Shown: positions 1 to 11,006 of the stretch, piece after piece
Layout: the number at the start of each line of letters is the position of its first letter
Numbering within the stretch: the first letter of the stretch is position 1
Assembly (NCBI RefSeq): GCF_009914755.1
Contig: NC_060939.1
Strand: one strand, 5' to 3'
Length of the DNA stretch: 64,000 nucleotides
From: the human T2T-CHM13v2.0 reference genome, Homo sapiens
Translations under genes and position numbers: made by a program
Notes under the pieces: generated by a model
Seen by the model: the letters and a program-made list of their open reading frames with translations, nothing else
The model's database searches: none
Told to the model about the DNA's origin: nothing

Positions 1-201
1 CCAGGAGACCTGGGTTTGCCTATTTAAAGCTGTGTGACCTAAACGTTGGTTTCCTCATTTATGAACCATGAGCCACAGTGCCTGACTCATAATTGATGCT
101 TCAAAAAAAGTACATATGTTTAAGCTCCCAGACTGGTTAATCAATGTTTCAGCAGCCAATTAAGTGACACAGGGTATGTTTTGTTTCAGGGACAAGCATA
201 A

Positions 202-207
202 TTTATT
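202..207 (-). terminator. HDC: HDC poly(A) signal AATAAA
   Basis: tttatt on the plus strand, ~285 nt past the stop codon. Confidence 0.8.
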
Positions 208-302
208 TCTGTGTTATATATCATGTCACAAGCTGAACCACAGAAGCTGCCTGTCTACCCTCGGCCCTTTCTCACTGACCAGACTGCTGAACCCATCTGG
301 AT

Positions 303-490
303 CATGCTGGCTTAAACTCTTCGTTTGTATCCTATTGTGGGTCATGAACCCCTATGAGAATTTGATTAAAATTATGAACTCGCCCCAAGAAAAATGCATG
401 TACACATAAGCACACAAAGTTGGCATACAATTGTGAGGGGTTCACAGAGTCCCTGAAGTATATCCTCAGACTCTGGCTGAAGGCCCTGTG
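303..490 (+). mobile_element. hAT-Charlie-type MITE in the HDC 3'UTR
   Basis: Resembles Charlie MITE consensus (gggtca..acccc..tgagaat.tgat.aaa...ggggttcacaga.ccctgaag). A related copy lies at ~22450-22600. Confidence 0.6.
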
Positions 491-491
491 T

Positions 492-1238
492 CTAAACCAT
501 GGCCTGCAGAGGGCAACAGGGCAGCTGGAGTCCACATTGAGAGCTGCATTCAGGAAAGCTGGGGACGCTGTAGAATTTGATGAGTTTTTTGAAGGCACTT
601 TTCTTCAGCATCATCATGTCTTCTGGAAACCTGGAAAAGATTCTGACCCTGGAGGAGCCCCCATTCTTCACAGAGGCCTCTGTGGGCAGTGGCTTCTGAG
701 CACTCACTGGCACACTGTTGCAACTGAGGGAGCGCACCGTCTTCTTCTTAGTCTGCACAGACAAGTAACTGAACAGGAAGGAGGACAGCTTGTGCTTGGT
801 GGCATCTGGGGCCTCTTCTGAAAAGCAGTCATCAACTGGGTCCAGCAGGGTTTCAAGATGGAGGCCATTTTCCCTTTTCATGGGACCGGCTCCCACACGC
901 TGAGGCTGCTTGATGATCTTCCTGGCCTGGACTGGATCATCTCCTGCCCCACTGACAGACTGAAGGGACGTTCCACAGGCCCAGGCTCTGGCACCCCTGA
1001 TTTGGGAGATGAGGTTCCCAACCCGAGGGCTGGGTTGGGAAGTACAGTGCTGACTCAGGATGAGAGTGGCAGCATCTCGAATGAGATTCCAGTCTCTCAG
1101 GATGTCATCCCTAGTGGTAAACTGGGATGTCACAGTGAAACGGATGATTAACTTGTCCTGGATAGTGGCCGGGATGAGGAAGAGACGGCCAGCTTTAGCT
1201 ATTTCCTTTAACACATTTTCTGTGAGACAATTAGGACC
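492..1238 (-). CDS. HDC: HDC exon 12 coding part (GPNCLTENV...PLQAMV*), including the C-terminal extension removed on activation
   Basis: acag| acceptor, 248 codons + TAG. The 12 exons sum to 662 aa, the known length of human HDC. Confidence 0.97.
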   Translation of the reverse strand, partial: GPNCLTENVLKEIAKAGRLFLIPATIQDKLIIRFTVTSQFTTRDDILRDWNLIRDAATLILSQHCTSQPSPRVGNLISQIRGARAWACGTSLQSVSGAGDDPVQARKIIKQPQRVGAGPMKRENGLHLETLLDPVDDCFSEEAPDATKHKLSSFLFSYLSVQTKKKTVRSLSCNSVPVSAQKPLPTEASVKNGGSSRVRIFSRFPEDMMMLKKSAFKKLIKFYSVPSFPECSSQCGLQLPCCPLQAMV

Positions 1239-1374
1239 CTGTTTGAAAAATAAAGGAAGTGAAGTCTCCATCGCACCCCCTGTCAGCATCCCCAGAGCCC
1301 AGCATTTGTGTTTCCGAGAGGCTCTGGAGCACCACAAGACATCATTCACAGAGGGGCTTGGAAGATGGTATTAC

Positions 1375-1476
1375 CTTTAGACGAAAAACCACCAGGCCAA
1401 GGTGCCTCTTGGCAGGAATTTCAAAGGAAGGGTCGTTTCTGACCAGAGATTCAAAATATTTAGCCATTTCAGTACC
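1375..1476 (-). CDS. HDC: HDC exon 11 (GTEMAKYFE...LVVFRLK)
   Basis: ccag| acceptor, |gtaat donor, 102 nt. Confidence 0.96.
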
Positions 1477-2097
1477 CTGGAATTGCAAGTATAAAGAGAA
1501 CTGAGATTAATCATCAGACAAGAGACTATGCATAAACTTTCAGACTGCTAAATGGTTTTAAACCAGGGCCATCTTCCCGTCACAGCCGTTGTAAGCGGCT
1601 TCTGCCTCATTGTCATCTCCATTTGATTTTGCTCATATTCCAAGCTGGAAAATTTCCAATGGCGCCCTGTTTCCTGTCACATGGGATCCACCTCGAGAAC
1701 TCATCTCAGGGCCCTCTTTCAACTCAGCCCCAGAACCCAGAAGGCATGTGCTTTGCAGTCCAGGCAACCCGGCCTCAACTCCTGATTTCACAGCTCCTTG
1801 ACTGGCCAAGTGGGCAAGTGAGGGCCAAAACCCAGTCCATGCTCTGCGTTCCCAGCCAGGTGCCTCATGCGAGCTGCGTGTGCCTAAAGGAAGAGATGCC
1901 TGTTTGTAGTGCACATCAAGTTGCCATATGGGCTAGTGGCGGCCCTGCCCCATCCTAAGCCTACATGCTTCACTTGCCTCTCAAACCTCTTCTCACCCTG
2001 TACCCCAAATGCCCTTTTCATCCCCTGTTTCTGACATTCCATAGAGAACATATTTTCACATCTTGTCTCCACCCATCATGGAAAGGTTTTGGACCTG

Positions 2098-2260
2098 GTT
2101 AATGGATACAGAGTTTCTGCTCGGGATGATGAAAAAATTCTGGAAATAATGGTGATGGTCACACCACATTGTGAGTATTCTTAATGCCACTGAATTGTAC
2201 ACTTAAAAATGAGTAAAATGGTACATTCTATGGTATGAATATTTTGTTACAATTTTAAAA
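2098..2260 (+). mobile_element. L1MB-type 3' end fragment
   Basis: gatgatgaaaaaattctgga...ttaatgccactgaattgtacacttaaaaat signature. Confidence 0.75.
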
Positions 2261-2517
2261 TGTTAAAGGCTTTGTATTATATTAATCTTCCACTGAAGTT
2301 CATACCATCTTTTTAAATGTCCTGGGGTTTTTTGCTTTTTGTTTTTAACCCAGGATTACTAACTAAACAAGGACAGGACTTGCCTTCTCTTTTCTTTTTA
2401 AAAATTTCTCCAAGCATCCAGAAGATCTCAATAAAATATTTGCTAAGTAATTCTATCAGTTAGTTCTCATACTTACTGCTCTATTTCAAGAGAGGGCAAG
2501 GGAGTTAGCTGAACCTC

Positions 2518-2837
2518 TTTTTTTTTTTTTTTTTTTTTTTTTTGAGAGATAGGGTCTTGCTTTGTCACACAGGCTAGAGTACAGAGGCATGTTGCACAAT
2601 CAAAGCTCACTGCAGCCTTGAACTCCTGAGCTCAAGTAATCCTCCCACCTTCACCTCCTGAGTAGCTAGGACTACAGACATGCACCACCATGCCCAGCTA
2701 CATTTTTTAATTTTTTTGTAAAGACAGTGGTCTCACTAGGTTGTTCACCCTGGTATCAAACTCCTGGGCTTAAGCGATCCTCCTTCCTAGGCCTCCCAAA
2801 GTACTGGGATTACTGGCATGAGCCACCATGTCTGGCC
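2518..2837 (-). mobile_element. Alu (AluJ-like)
   Basis: Poly-T followed by a full antisense Alu dimer. Confidence 0.9.
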
Positions 2838-2922
2838 CTGAGCCTGTCTTTTGACCATAATGAAATGAGTTTCTCCAAATCTTTCTCAGAGCCCCTTTCT
2901 CCCCTGCGTGGTCAGTTTCAAA

Positions 2923-3163
2923 CAGCACAGGAGTTTTGACCTGCTCCATTTCTAACCTGGGCCCCTTCACCCCTCCTTAGGCAACCTGGTGATCCCTTGC
3001 TCCTGGGAGGTCACCATATTGATGCCGAACTTAGTGCGGACACTCAATTGGCATAGCACACCATAGCCCAGAACTCCCACCTGGGCTATGGTGGGAGCAA
3101 TTGAGCTTCCCACCTCAGCCTCCCAAGTAGCTGGGACTACAGACACGTGCCCCTGTGCCCAGC
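2923..3163 (-). pseudogene. 7SL (SRP RNA) retropseudogene, 3'-truncated, in HDC intron 10
   Basis: Minus strand carries the 7SL S domain absent from Alus: GTGTCCGCACTAAGTTCGGCATCAATATGGTGACCTCC...CCAGGTTGCCTAAGGAGGGGTGAA...GAGCAGGTCAAAACTCC. Similarity ends near 7SL nt ~228. Confidence 0.92.
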
Positions 3164-3427
3164 TCAATCTTTCCATTTTTTAGAAGGAACCAAGGGAAAG
3201 TGACTTTCCCAAGGTACAAGTGACAGTAGGTAGATCTCCTCCCACTGTGCTTTTATCCCTCCTACAACACATGCTGTTTGCAATAACAGAAGCAGAGGTC
3301 AGGGGAGAGGAGAATACAGAGCACAGGCAGCACTGCCACCTCCAAAGCCCCACTTTACAGGTCATGAAAGCAGAGCTGCTGCCAGTGCCCTGCACCGCTC
3401 TAGGTCAAGGGCAGGCACAGTGCAGCC

Positions 3428-3605
3428 ATGGCCAAATATAGCCCCCACCTGTGTTTGTAAAGTTTTTTGGAACACAGCATTCCCATTTGTTTACATATTG
3501 TCTACGGTAGCTCTTGTAGTACAGAGGTAATTACAATAGAGTATGGCCCACAAAGCCAAAAGTATTTAGTATCTGGCTTTTTACAGGAAATGTTTACCAA
3601 TCCCT
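3428..3605 (+). mobile_element. MER58A-like hAT-Charlie MITE
   Basis: gtatggcccacaaagccaaaagtatttagtatctggc signature. Similar to the copy at 39820-40030. Confidence 0.7.
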
Positions 3606-3621
3606 ATTGTAGGTGATAGGA

Positions 3622-3628
3622 GATGAGG

Positions 3629-3659
<31 letters not shown>

Positions 3660-3722
3660 CAATTTATTATAATTAGATGAAGAAGGAGATGATGAAGAAG
3701 GGGAAGAAGAGAAGAGGAAGAG
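3622..3722 (+). repeat. (GAT)n microsatellite followed by a GAA-rich purine tract
   Basis: Directly visible. Confidence 0.85.
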
Positions 3723-3844
3723 GTACTCATTGAGTACTTAACTGAGTAGTAGGTAGACCCTGTGCTAAGGGCTGCATATATATTATCTCATTTAATTTGA
3801 GAGAGGTAGTATCCTTTTCTCATTTTTATAAATTAGGAAGGCAT

Positions 3845-4148
3845 GGCCAGGGGTGGTGGCTCATGCCTGTAATCCTCGCACTTTGGGAGGCCAAGGTAGG
3901 CAGATTGCTTGAGCCCAGGAGCGTGAGAACAACCTGGGCAACATGACAAAACCCCATCTCTACAAAAAATACAAAAAGTAGCCAGGCATGATGGTATGCG
4001 CCTGTAGTCCCAGCTACTCAGGAGGCTGAGGTGGGAGGATCACCTGAGCCTGGGGAGGTCAAGGCTGCAGTGAGCTCTGATGGCACTACCGCACTTCAGC
4101 CTGAGCAACAGAGACCTCATCTCAAAAATAAATAACAATAAATAAATA
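3845..4148 (+). mobile_element. Alu (AluJ-like) inserted in a MIR
   Basis: Full dimer with A-rich tail and MIR-like flanks. Confidence 0.9.
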
Positions 4149-5180
4149 AGGCAGACAAATATAGAAAGGTTAAGTAATTTGTCTAAGGTCATCAAACAGT
4201 AAAGGGTAGAACTAAAAATCCATTCTTTAAAGCACTTCTCTGTAACACAGAAATATGAAATTTAATTTTATATAACTTTCCAAGAGCTCAGTGTAGTAGA
4301 AAGCAGCCCAGAACTATGAAGAAAGGATTTGGAATTGGGAGGCTTCAGGGAAAGTCCCGGGCCTTCTTCCCTCAAGCAGGGCAATTACTCCCTCTGAGCC
4401 TTGCCAGGTTAGAGTGACCACCCCAGGCACTGTGCTAAGGATCTAATGAAGAACTAGAATTTATTTTTGTATTGAAGGCATTACGCAAGTGTCAATAATT
4501 ATCATCACCGTCAAGTTGAAGAGATAAAATCAAATCATATCAAACAACTTTATTTTAATTCCATTTCTTCTATTGTGGGACATTGGAAGAACTTTGAGCA
4601 CAGTTTTGTAAAGGTGTTTGAGTAGGTGATCACAGGAATGCTAATGAAGCAGAAACCAGAACAGATGGAATAGGCAGAAAAGCTTCTAGTGGAAGCAGAA
4701 TTTAATCCATTCACAACATTTGGAGAGGAGAGGGTAGTTCAGGTGAAGGACACGGGTGAAGGTGCAGAGATGGACTGAGCATGAGGTCTGGATGGGTCGA
4801 TGAAATGCCCAAGCTAAGGTAGGAGCTAATCGTCAAGTCCTTGAAAGCCAGGCCCAGGAGTGTGGGCCTCATATGGTAGGCAATGGGGTTGCTAATAGGA
4901 GGAATTCAGGGGTTTGATTTGCAAACAGAAGTGCTAAGGGAGGTTAGTCAGGATCTGCACATTGAATATCCAGTCCCAAACTGTAAGCAAAAAAATGTTC
5001 CTAATTACTTGTAACCTCCACCAACCATTCCCCGCCCACAACCCTCCAGTCTTGAGTCTGCATTTCTAGAAACAGCACAAAGTGCCTAAAGTTCCTCAAT
5101 ATTGTTGGTGGCAGCTGCTCATTGGTAAACAACCAGTGGTGATTACAAAGGTAAAATTACCAACATTAAAACCAGTCATA

Positions 5181-5646
5181 GGAAACTGGAGAACATTATG
5201 TTAAGCAAAATAAGCCAGGCACAGAAGGACAAATTTCACATGTTCTCACTCAAACGTGGGAGTTAAAAAGTAAGCAAACTGAGCTCGTGGAGACGCACAG
5301 TAGAATGATGGTTGGCAGAGGCTGGGAAGGGTAGCAGGGAATGGGGGATAAAGAGGTGATAGTTAACGGGCGCAAAAATACAATTAAATAGATCTAATGT
5401 TAGGCGGCACAATAAGGCAACTATAGTTAACTATAATTTGCTGTACATTTCAAACTAACTTAAAGAATGGAACTAGAATGTTTCTAACACAAAGAAATGA
5501 TAAATGGTTGAGTGGTGGATACCCAGTTACCCTAATTTGATCATTGCACATTGTATGCCTGTATCAAAACCTCACACATACCCCATAAATATATACGTAA
5601 TTATTATGTAAGCATAATAATTATTTTTTTTAAATGTTAAAAAAAA
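5181..5646 (+). mobile_element. L1MA-type 3' end
   Basis: gaaactggagaacattatgttaagc...ttgatcattgcacattgtatgcctgtatcaaaa signature. Confidence 0.8.
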
Positions 5647-6476
5647 TCATAGTTACCGCTTCCACCACTTCATTTTGGTTTGTGTTTGTTTAACCAAGAA
5701 GGAATTCCCTAGAGGAAAGGTGGAAGGACAAAGACACACATAGGCAGAAAGGACAGTGTCTTCAGCTTCCCCCACTACTTTTATCAATGGCTTTGTCTTG
5801 CATGTGGACTCTTGTAGAAGTGGGAGAACAATGCCAGTGGCCAGAGTTCTTAGTTAAGTCCCGCTTCTTCCATGAAGAACATGGGAGAGAGGCTGCACCT
5901 GTCTCATTTACCTCTGTGTCCCTTTCTTAGCACAATACCTTGTAATTGTTGAATTGAATAGAAATAAATTAAGCAAAATAGGCCTTCAATAAATGCCTGT
6001 TGATGCAGGGAGGTTTGTTCCAGACTTGGTAGGTCTACCTGTCCAAGCCAGGGGAGCTTTATTTCAGGCATAATCATAATAGTGCTAAAATATTCAGCCA
6101 GCTGTGACCATTGAGGTAATTCCAAAGCAGATAGGATCCTACCCTGGCCACACACACTTCCCCTTGATTTACTTTCTCTTTCTCTTTCCTGCAAACCAGA
6201 CTCTGGGGCCAACCCTCCCCAGTGCTCAGTGACAGCAAGGGGAACGGTGAGACACTCAGCAGAGGACAGGCATCAGGCAGCCCTCAGGGCATGTTGTGCT
6301 CAGCGCTCCTCTGGTTAACAAAGAGAATCAAGTCCCAGGAGCTGAGGAACAGGCCCAGACACCTGAACCACACACCGCAAGTCTCCTAGGCAGATCTGCA
6401 AAGTAGAAACCAGCCTTCCTCGCCATGAGAAAACAGAGGAACACAGGCTCAGCCCCCACAGCAGCATGCTACATAC

Positions 6477-6575
6477 ATGTCTGACATGTGCTTGAAGATT
6501 CTTCACCCCGAAGGACCGAATCACGAACCAGAGTTTAACAGAGCGAAACCGTCGGCTCAGGGGGATCTGCCAGTG
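6477..6575 (-). CDS. HDC: HDC exon 10 ([18 protein letters not shown]...HVRH)
   Basis: ctag| acceptor, |gtatg donor, 99 nt. Contains S354. Confidence 0.96.
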
Positions 6576-6984
6576 CTAGAAACAAAGGAACACAGTGCCC
6601 AAGGTTAGAGACAAGGGTGCCCCACTCCCTCGGGCATTTCTGGGCATTATCTGTTGCCTGCCCAGCCCTCCAGGGATGGACGATGTCACCATGACTCTGG
6701 GAGCTGTTGCTAAGGAGTAAGCCAAGCTCCCCAAGGGTTGCCCCATCGTGTGACCAAATCACTGATGAAGGTGGCCAATAGTCACTTGTCTGAGAGCCAG
6801 ACAAGTGGAAGTCAAGTCCATTACCCTGAACCAATGAGAAGGGCACTTTGCTTTCAAGTGCTGCTTTAAACATTTCATCCCGGCCCAGAAACTCAACATA
6901 AGGGAAATACATTTTTACTCTAAATGAATCTATATTCCTTGAATAGCAGAAAATAAAGTTCTATTTTTATTCCTCCCAAAATGT

Positions 6985-7200
6985 AAAGTATGGTAGTTAG
7001 AGCACAGACACTAGAGCCCTGCAGACCTAGGTTTCGCCTCCAGCTGTGCCACTTACTAGCTGTGTGACCTTGGGTAGTGCCACCTCACTGGCTCATCAGT
7101 CCGGGACATAAAGAACCAATTGCACCTCCCGGGCAAGTGGTGTGAGGACAAAGAACGCCAAGAGCCTCAGAAGAAGTTGTCAGTAGGTGTTGGCTATTTA
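6985..7200 (+). mobile_element. MIR
   Basis: MIR core gccacttactagctgtgtgaccttggg. Confidence 0.7.
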
Positions 7201-9279
7201 GATTATTTTAAAATGTGAGCTACAAATCACAGTAGCATTTCTGTCTAGAGCCAAGATGACCCCTATTTAACCTTACACTGCCTTGTTCATTTTCCTGTGA
7301 GATTCCTGTGATCTGAGAGCCATCACTCCAGCTGTCAGATTTCAAATGAGCACCCAAATTTCTGCCGCTGTTAGATGAAAATTGACTCTTTGCTCCTGGT
7401 GGCCAAATTCAACAGAGCTTAAAGTTCAAGGTTGCAGTCACCATACATCTGAAAATTTCCAAATCAATTTCAGACTGATTTCTCAGATCTGAAAATAGAG
7501 CAGAGGATTTGGAAAACATTTACAGTTATTCTAATGAGTCACGTGGTTTCCTAATGACATCTCCCTCAAACGTCAGAAAGTTTCTACCACAATTTCTGTT
7601 GACTAAAAATAAATGTTTGTCCCACTGCGTATTTATCTGCCCATACACAAGATTATCAAATCCTCACAAATGTCCTCACCTTCACCCTTCACCCCAGTTT
7701 CCTGAGCCAGGCACAGTTGGGATGTTACCCCTTTGTTGATGGACAATGTTTCCCCAGCAGAAAACTACTAAGCCTTTGATTTCCAAGCAAAACTCTGTTG
7801 TGCTGGGGAGCAGCTTGGGGGCTTTTGTGCCAGCAGAAGGCATCAAAACCTGAAAATGGAACAAAATTGCTGTAACAAGGAAAGTGTCAACTCCACCTCT
7901 TGTCCAATGGACACTCCAAGAGAATAATGAACGGATGATAGGGATCATCTGTCAAAAGGTTCTGGTTTCCAGATAGTTATAGCCAATTTATTTCATATAT
8001 AGAGAGAGCTACTTTATTTTACCAGCAAATAAACCAGGATAGGCAGAGGTGATTTTATTTTGATTTCTTCACAATCTTCCTTATTCCCAGTTGCTCCTTT
8101 TCTTGTCACTATTCCAAAACTGATCCATGCTGACTCAGCAGAGTGGTTCTAGCCAACATTTTCTGTTGGATCAAAAAATCTGGACGTATAAAGCCTGACA
8201 GGGCTCTTCTTTACCTTGAGGCATCTCCAGCCTCCTCTGTGTCCTTGTAAGGTCCTTGCAGGGCTCCCTTGCCAAGGCTAAGGTAACGCTCCCTCCACTG
8301 GTGCTCTCTGTCCAGTGAGAGGCAGAAAACAGGGAGCTTCTCCGCTGTCAGAGAATCTAGCCCTGATTTTAGGTGATTCCAGGACCCCAGGGGTTAAGCA
8401 CCTAAGTCTTCTCTCCTGGGATGCTGCCCTGTTTCTGGCTCATCTCAGAGCAGGACTGAGCTTCTGTTCAAAGCTGCAGCCACCTGGGTGGGAAAGACAT
8501 TGGGCCCAGGTGAGAGTAGCTCTGAGGACCCTCAGGATCATGAAAAAGATAGCAACTTCACTTTTCTAGGAGTTTCTTCATGGACTTGAAAATCAAATCC
8601 ATAGGATTAAAGGTGGGGGAAGGGTAAGTGTAAGGCAGTGCCTTCTGGGTGGAGAGGTAAAAATAATAAGGTTCCCCAGAGCAGGGCTGGGAAGAGTTTA
8701 CTCTAACATTTTTATGAGTTATCTGGAAGACAGAGAGCACTGTAAAATCTCCAAACTCCTAGGAATGAACCCCGGGAAGATCCTGAGGCACTGTGGTAAA
8801 TGAATTTAAACGGTAACATGAAATTCAAAAGGGCAAGGGTGAATATAATGCTCCTCAGTTATGATGACCCAAATACACTCATAGGAGAATGGGCATCAAT
8901 TCACACTCAGGAAGCAAACCTACAGTTATCCCTAAAGATATCTGACCCTTGGGCTGTTCTGGAATTTTTTTAATTTTTCATTAAAAATCTCTGAAAACCT
9001 ACCAGAAAGAGCAGTGGAGATAAAGAACCATTATTTTTCTTTCTTTCTTTACCTCTAGAGGGTCTTCTGTCACCACCAGTAAGCCGTGAGGCTTACCGCT
9101 GCAATTCTAATCCAAAAGCTTCAAATATCTAAAGAGGGTGTGGACTGGTCCAAGGGAGAATAGCCAGTATAATCAAGTGATGACGAAGCTATTATTTTAA
9201 GACTAAAAGGGCAAGACACTTCAGTTGTCCAAGAAGATAAGATAAAACCATCTCTTCACAAGGAAGGATGCTTACAGGG

Positions 9280-9730
9280 GTCAGACACTGCTCTCAGCAC
9301 TTCAGTGTATTAATTTGTATAATCCTCACAGCAAGCCTAAGAAGCCAGAACTGTGGTCATCAGCCTCATTTGACACAAGAGGAAATCTGGACACAGAGTT
9401 TAAGTCACTTGCCCGAGGTCACACAAGTTAGTAAACAGAAAGCCAGGACTCCAACACATGCCATCTGGCTTTAGCACCTACATGCCTAACCACTGTCCTA
9501 ACAAATCTCTGCAGCTTCAAAGAAGAGCTTTCAGAAATACTATGCCTACCATATATTGAGCACTTGCCACACGGCTATTTTGCTAGGTGATCCACACGTG
9601 TTCCCATTTAAGCTTCACAATACCCTATGAATCAATGCCACTATTCTCATTTTACAGATAAGGAAAGCAAGGCTCAGAGAGGTCCAGTTAGTTTCCCAAA
9701 GGGCCACTGCTGGAATGGAATTCCAAACCA
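9280..9730 (-). mobile_element. Two MIR fragments
   Basis: ttaagtcacttgcccgaggtcacaca and cattttacagataaggaaagcaaggctcagagagg. Confidence 0.7.
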
Positions 9731-9855
9731 AGCTTGCCCCCACTCTGCTCTGCTGCCTCCGTTGGCCAGGTTATGTGTAATACATTCGTTTACATCCCTG
9801 TCTCCCCTACAAGTAAAGGAAGGGCTCATCCTCAAACTGCGGAGTCAATTTGTTA

Positions 9856-10122
<267 letters not shown>

Positions 10123-10661
10123 TTAGAGAGTTGAGGCGCAGTCAGTTGGGAAAGTCAGGAATGCTTGGAGGCTTCCAGAACCTCACACAAGTCCTGCAGC
10201 CCATCACTACCACAGAGCTGCCCCACAGCGCCTCTGTCAGGGACAAAAAAACAAAAGCGATTTCAGCAAGAAAGCTCTTTCCCCACCAGGGAAATTCTCC
10301 ACCCTGCCCTGCTGCTGGGTAAGAAACAAAAAAGATGACCCGAGATGGAGGCAGAAGGAACTGGTCCACCTGTGGTAGGAAGAGCATTTCTGGGAATTAA
10401 AAAATGCCACAAATATTCAGGAAATGTGCACACTGCCTCAAAGGCTGGTCTCATTTTCTAGGGTTTTTAACCATTTTCTGGGTTTCATTCTATATACTTA
10501 GGCACAATTAGAAACCAAGGTATGCATTGGCAGTATTATGAGATGAGCTCATAGTGTGCTGCCTTCTGAAGGGAGCCACCGTACAGATTTTGGGGGGTCA
10601 GACGCCTACAGTTCCCACTGGCCACCCGAGCCCACCAGGCTGCCCGTCCCTGGCCACTCAC

Positions 10662-10752
10662 CATGAAGTCGGTGGCCACGCCTGAGTTGGCATGCCTGAG
10701 GTAGATGGGATTCACACTGAAGGTCTGCTGCAGCTTGTACTTGTCCTTGACC
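10662..10752 (-). CDS. HDC: HDC exon 9 (VKDKYKLQQ...NPIYLRH...TDFM), catalytic-loop Y334
   Basis: acag| acceptor, |gtgag donor, 91 nt. Completes codon W317. Confidence 0.96.
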
Positions 10753-10843
10753 CTGTGGGTTTCCAAATGGGCATTAGTGGCTGAGGTCTCTCCAGAGGAG
10801 GCAAGGCGTTCCTGCGTGCTCGGAGCTGGGCTGCTACACTCAC

Positions 10844-11006
10844 CAGAACCCAGTACAGTCAAAATGCACCATCATCCACTTGGAAGGATTAAAGGTGAAG
10901 GAGTCGGCATACTCAATCCCCTTCAGAAACCCCCGGAACTCGGGGCACAGGAAGGCAGTGCCTGCATAAGCAGCATCGATGTGGAGCCACAGCCCCTCAC
11001 GGGCAC
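10844..11006 (-). CDS. HDC: HDC exon 8 ([16 protein letters not shown]...NPSKW...GFW), PLP lysine K305 at 10879-10881
   Basis: tcag| acceptor, |gtgag donor, 163 nt. HxDAAY and NPSKW PLP-binding motifs. Confidence 0.97.

Noticed and set aside
420-1380. Plus-strand ORFs of 97-133 aa overlapping HDC exon 12
   Set aside because: Antisense shadows of the real coding exon.
2923-3163. Functional 7SL RNA gene
   Set aside because: It lacks the 3' ~70 nt, has lost CpGs and carries an internal rearrangement, so it is called a pseudogene.
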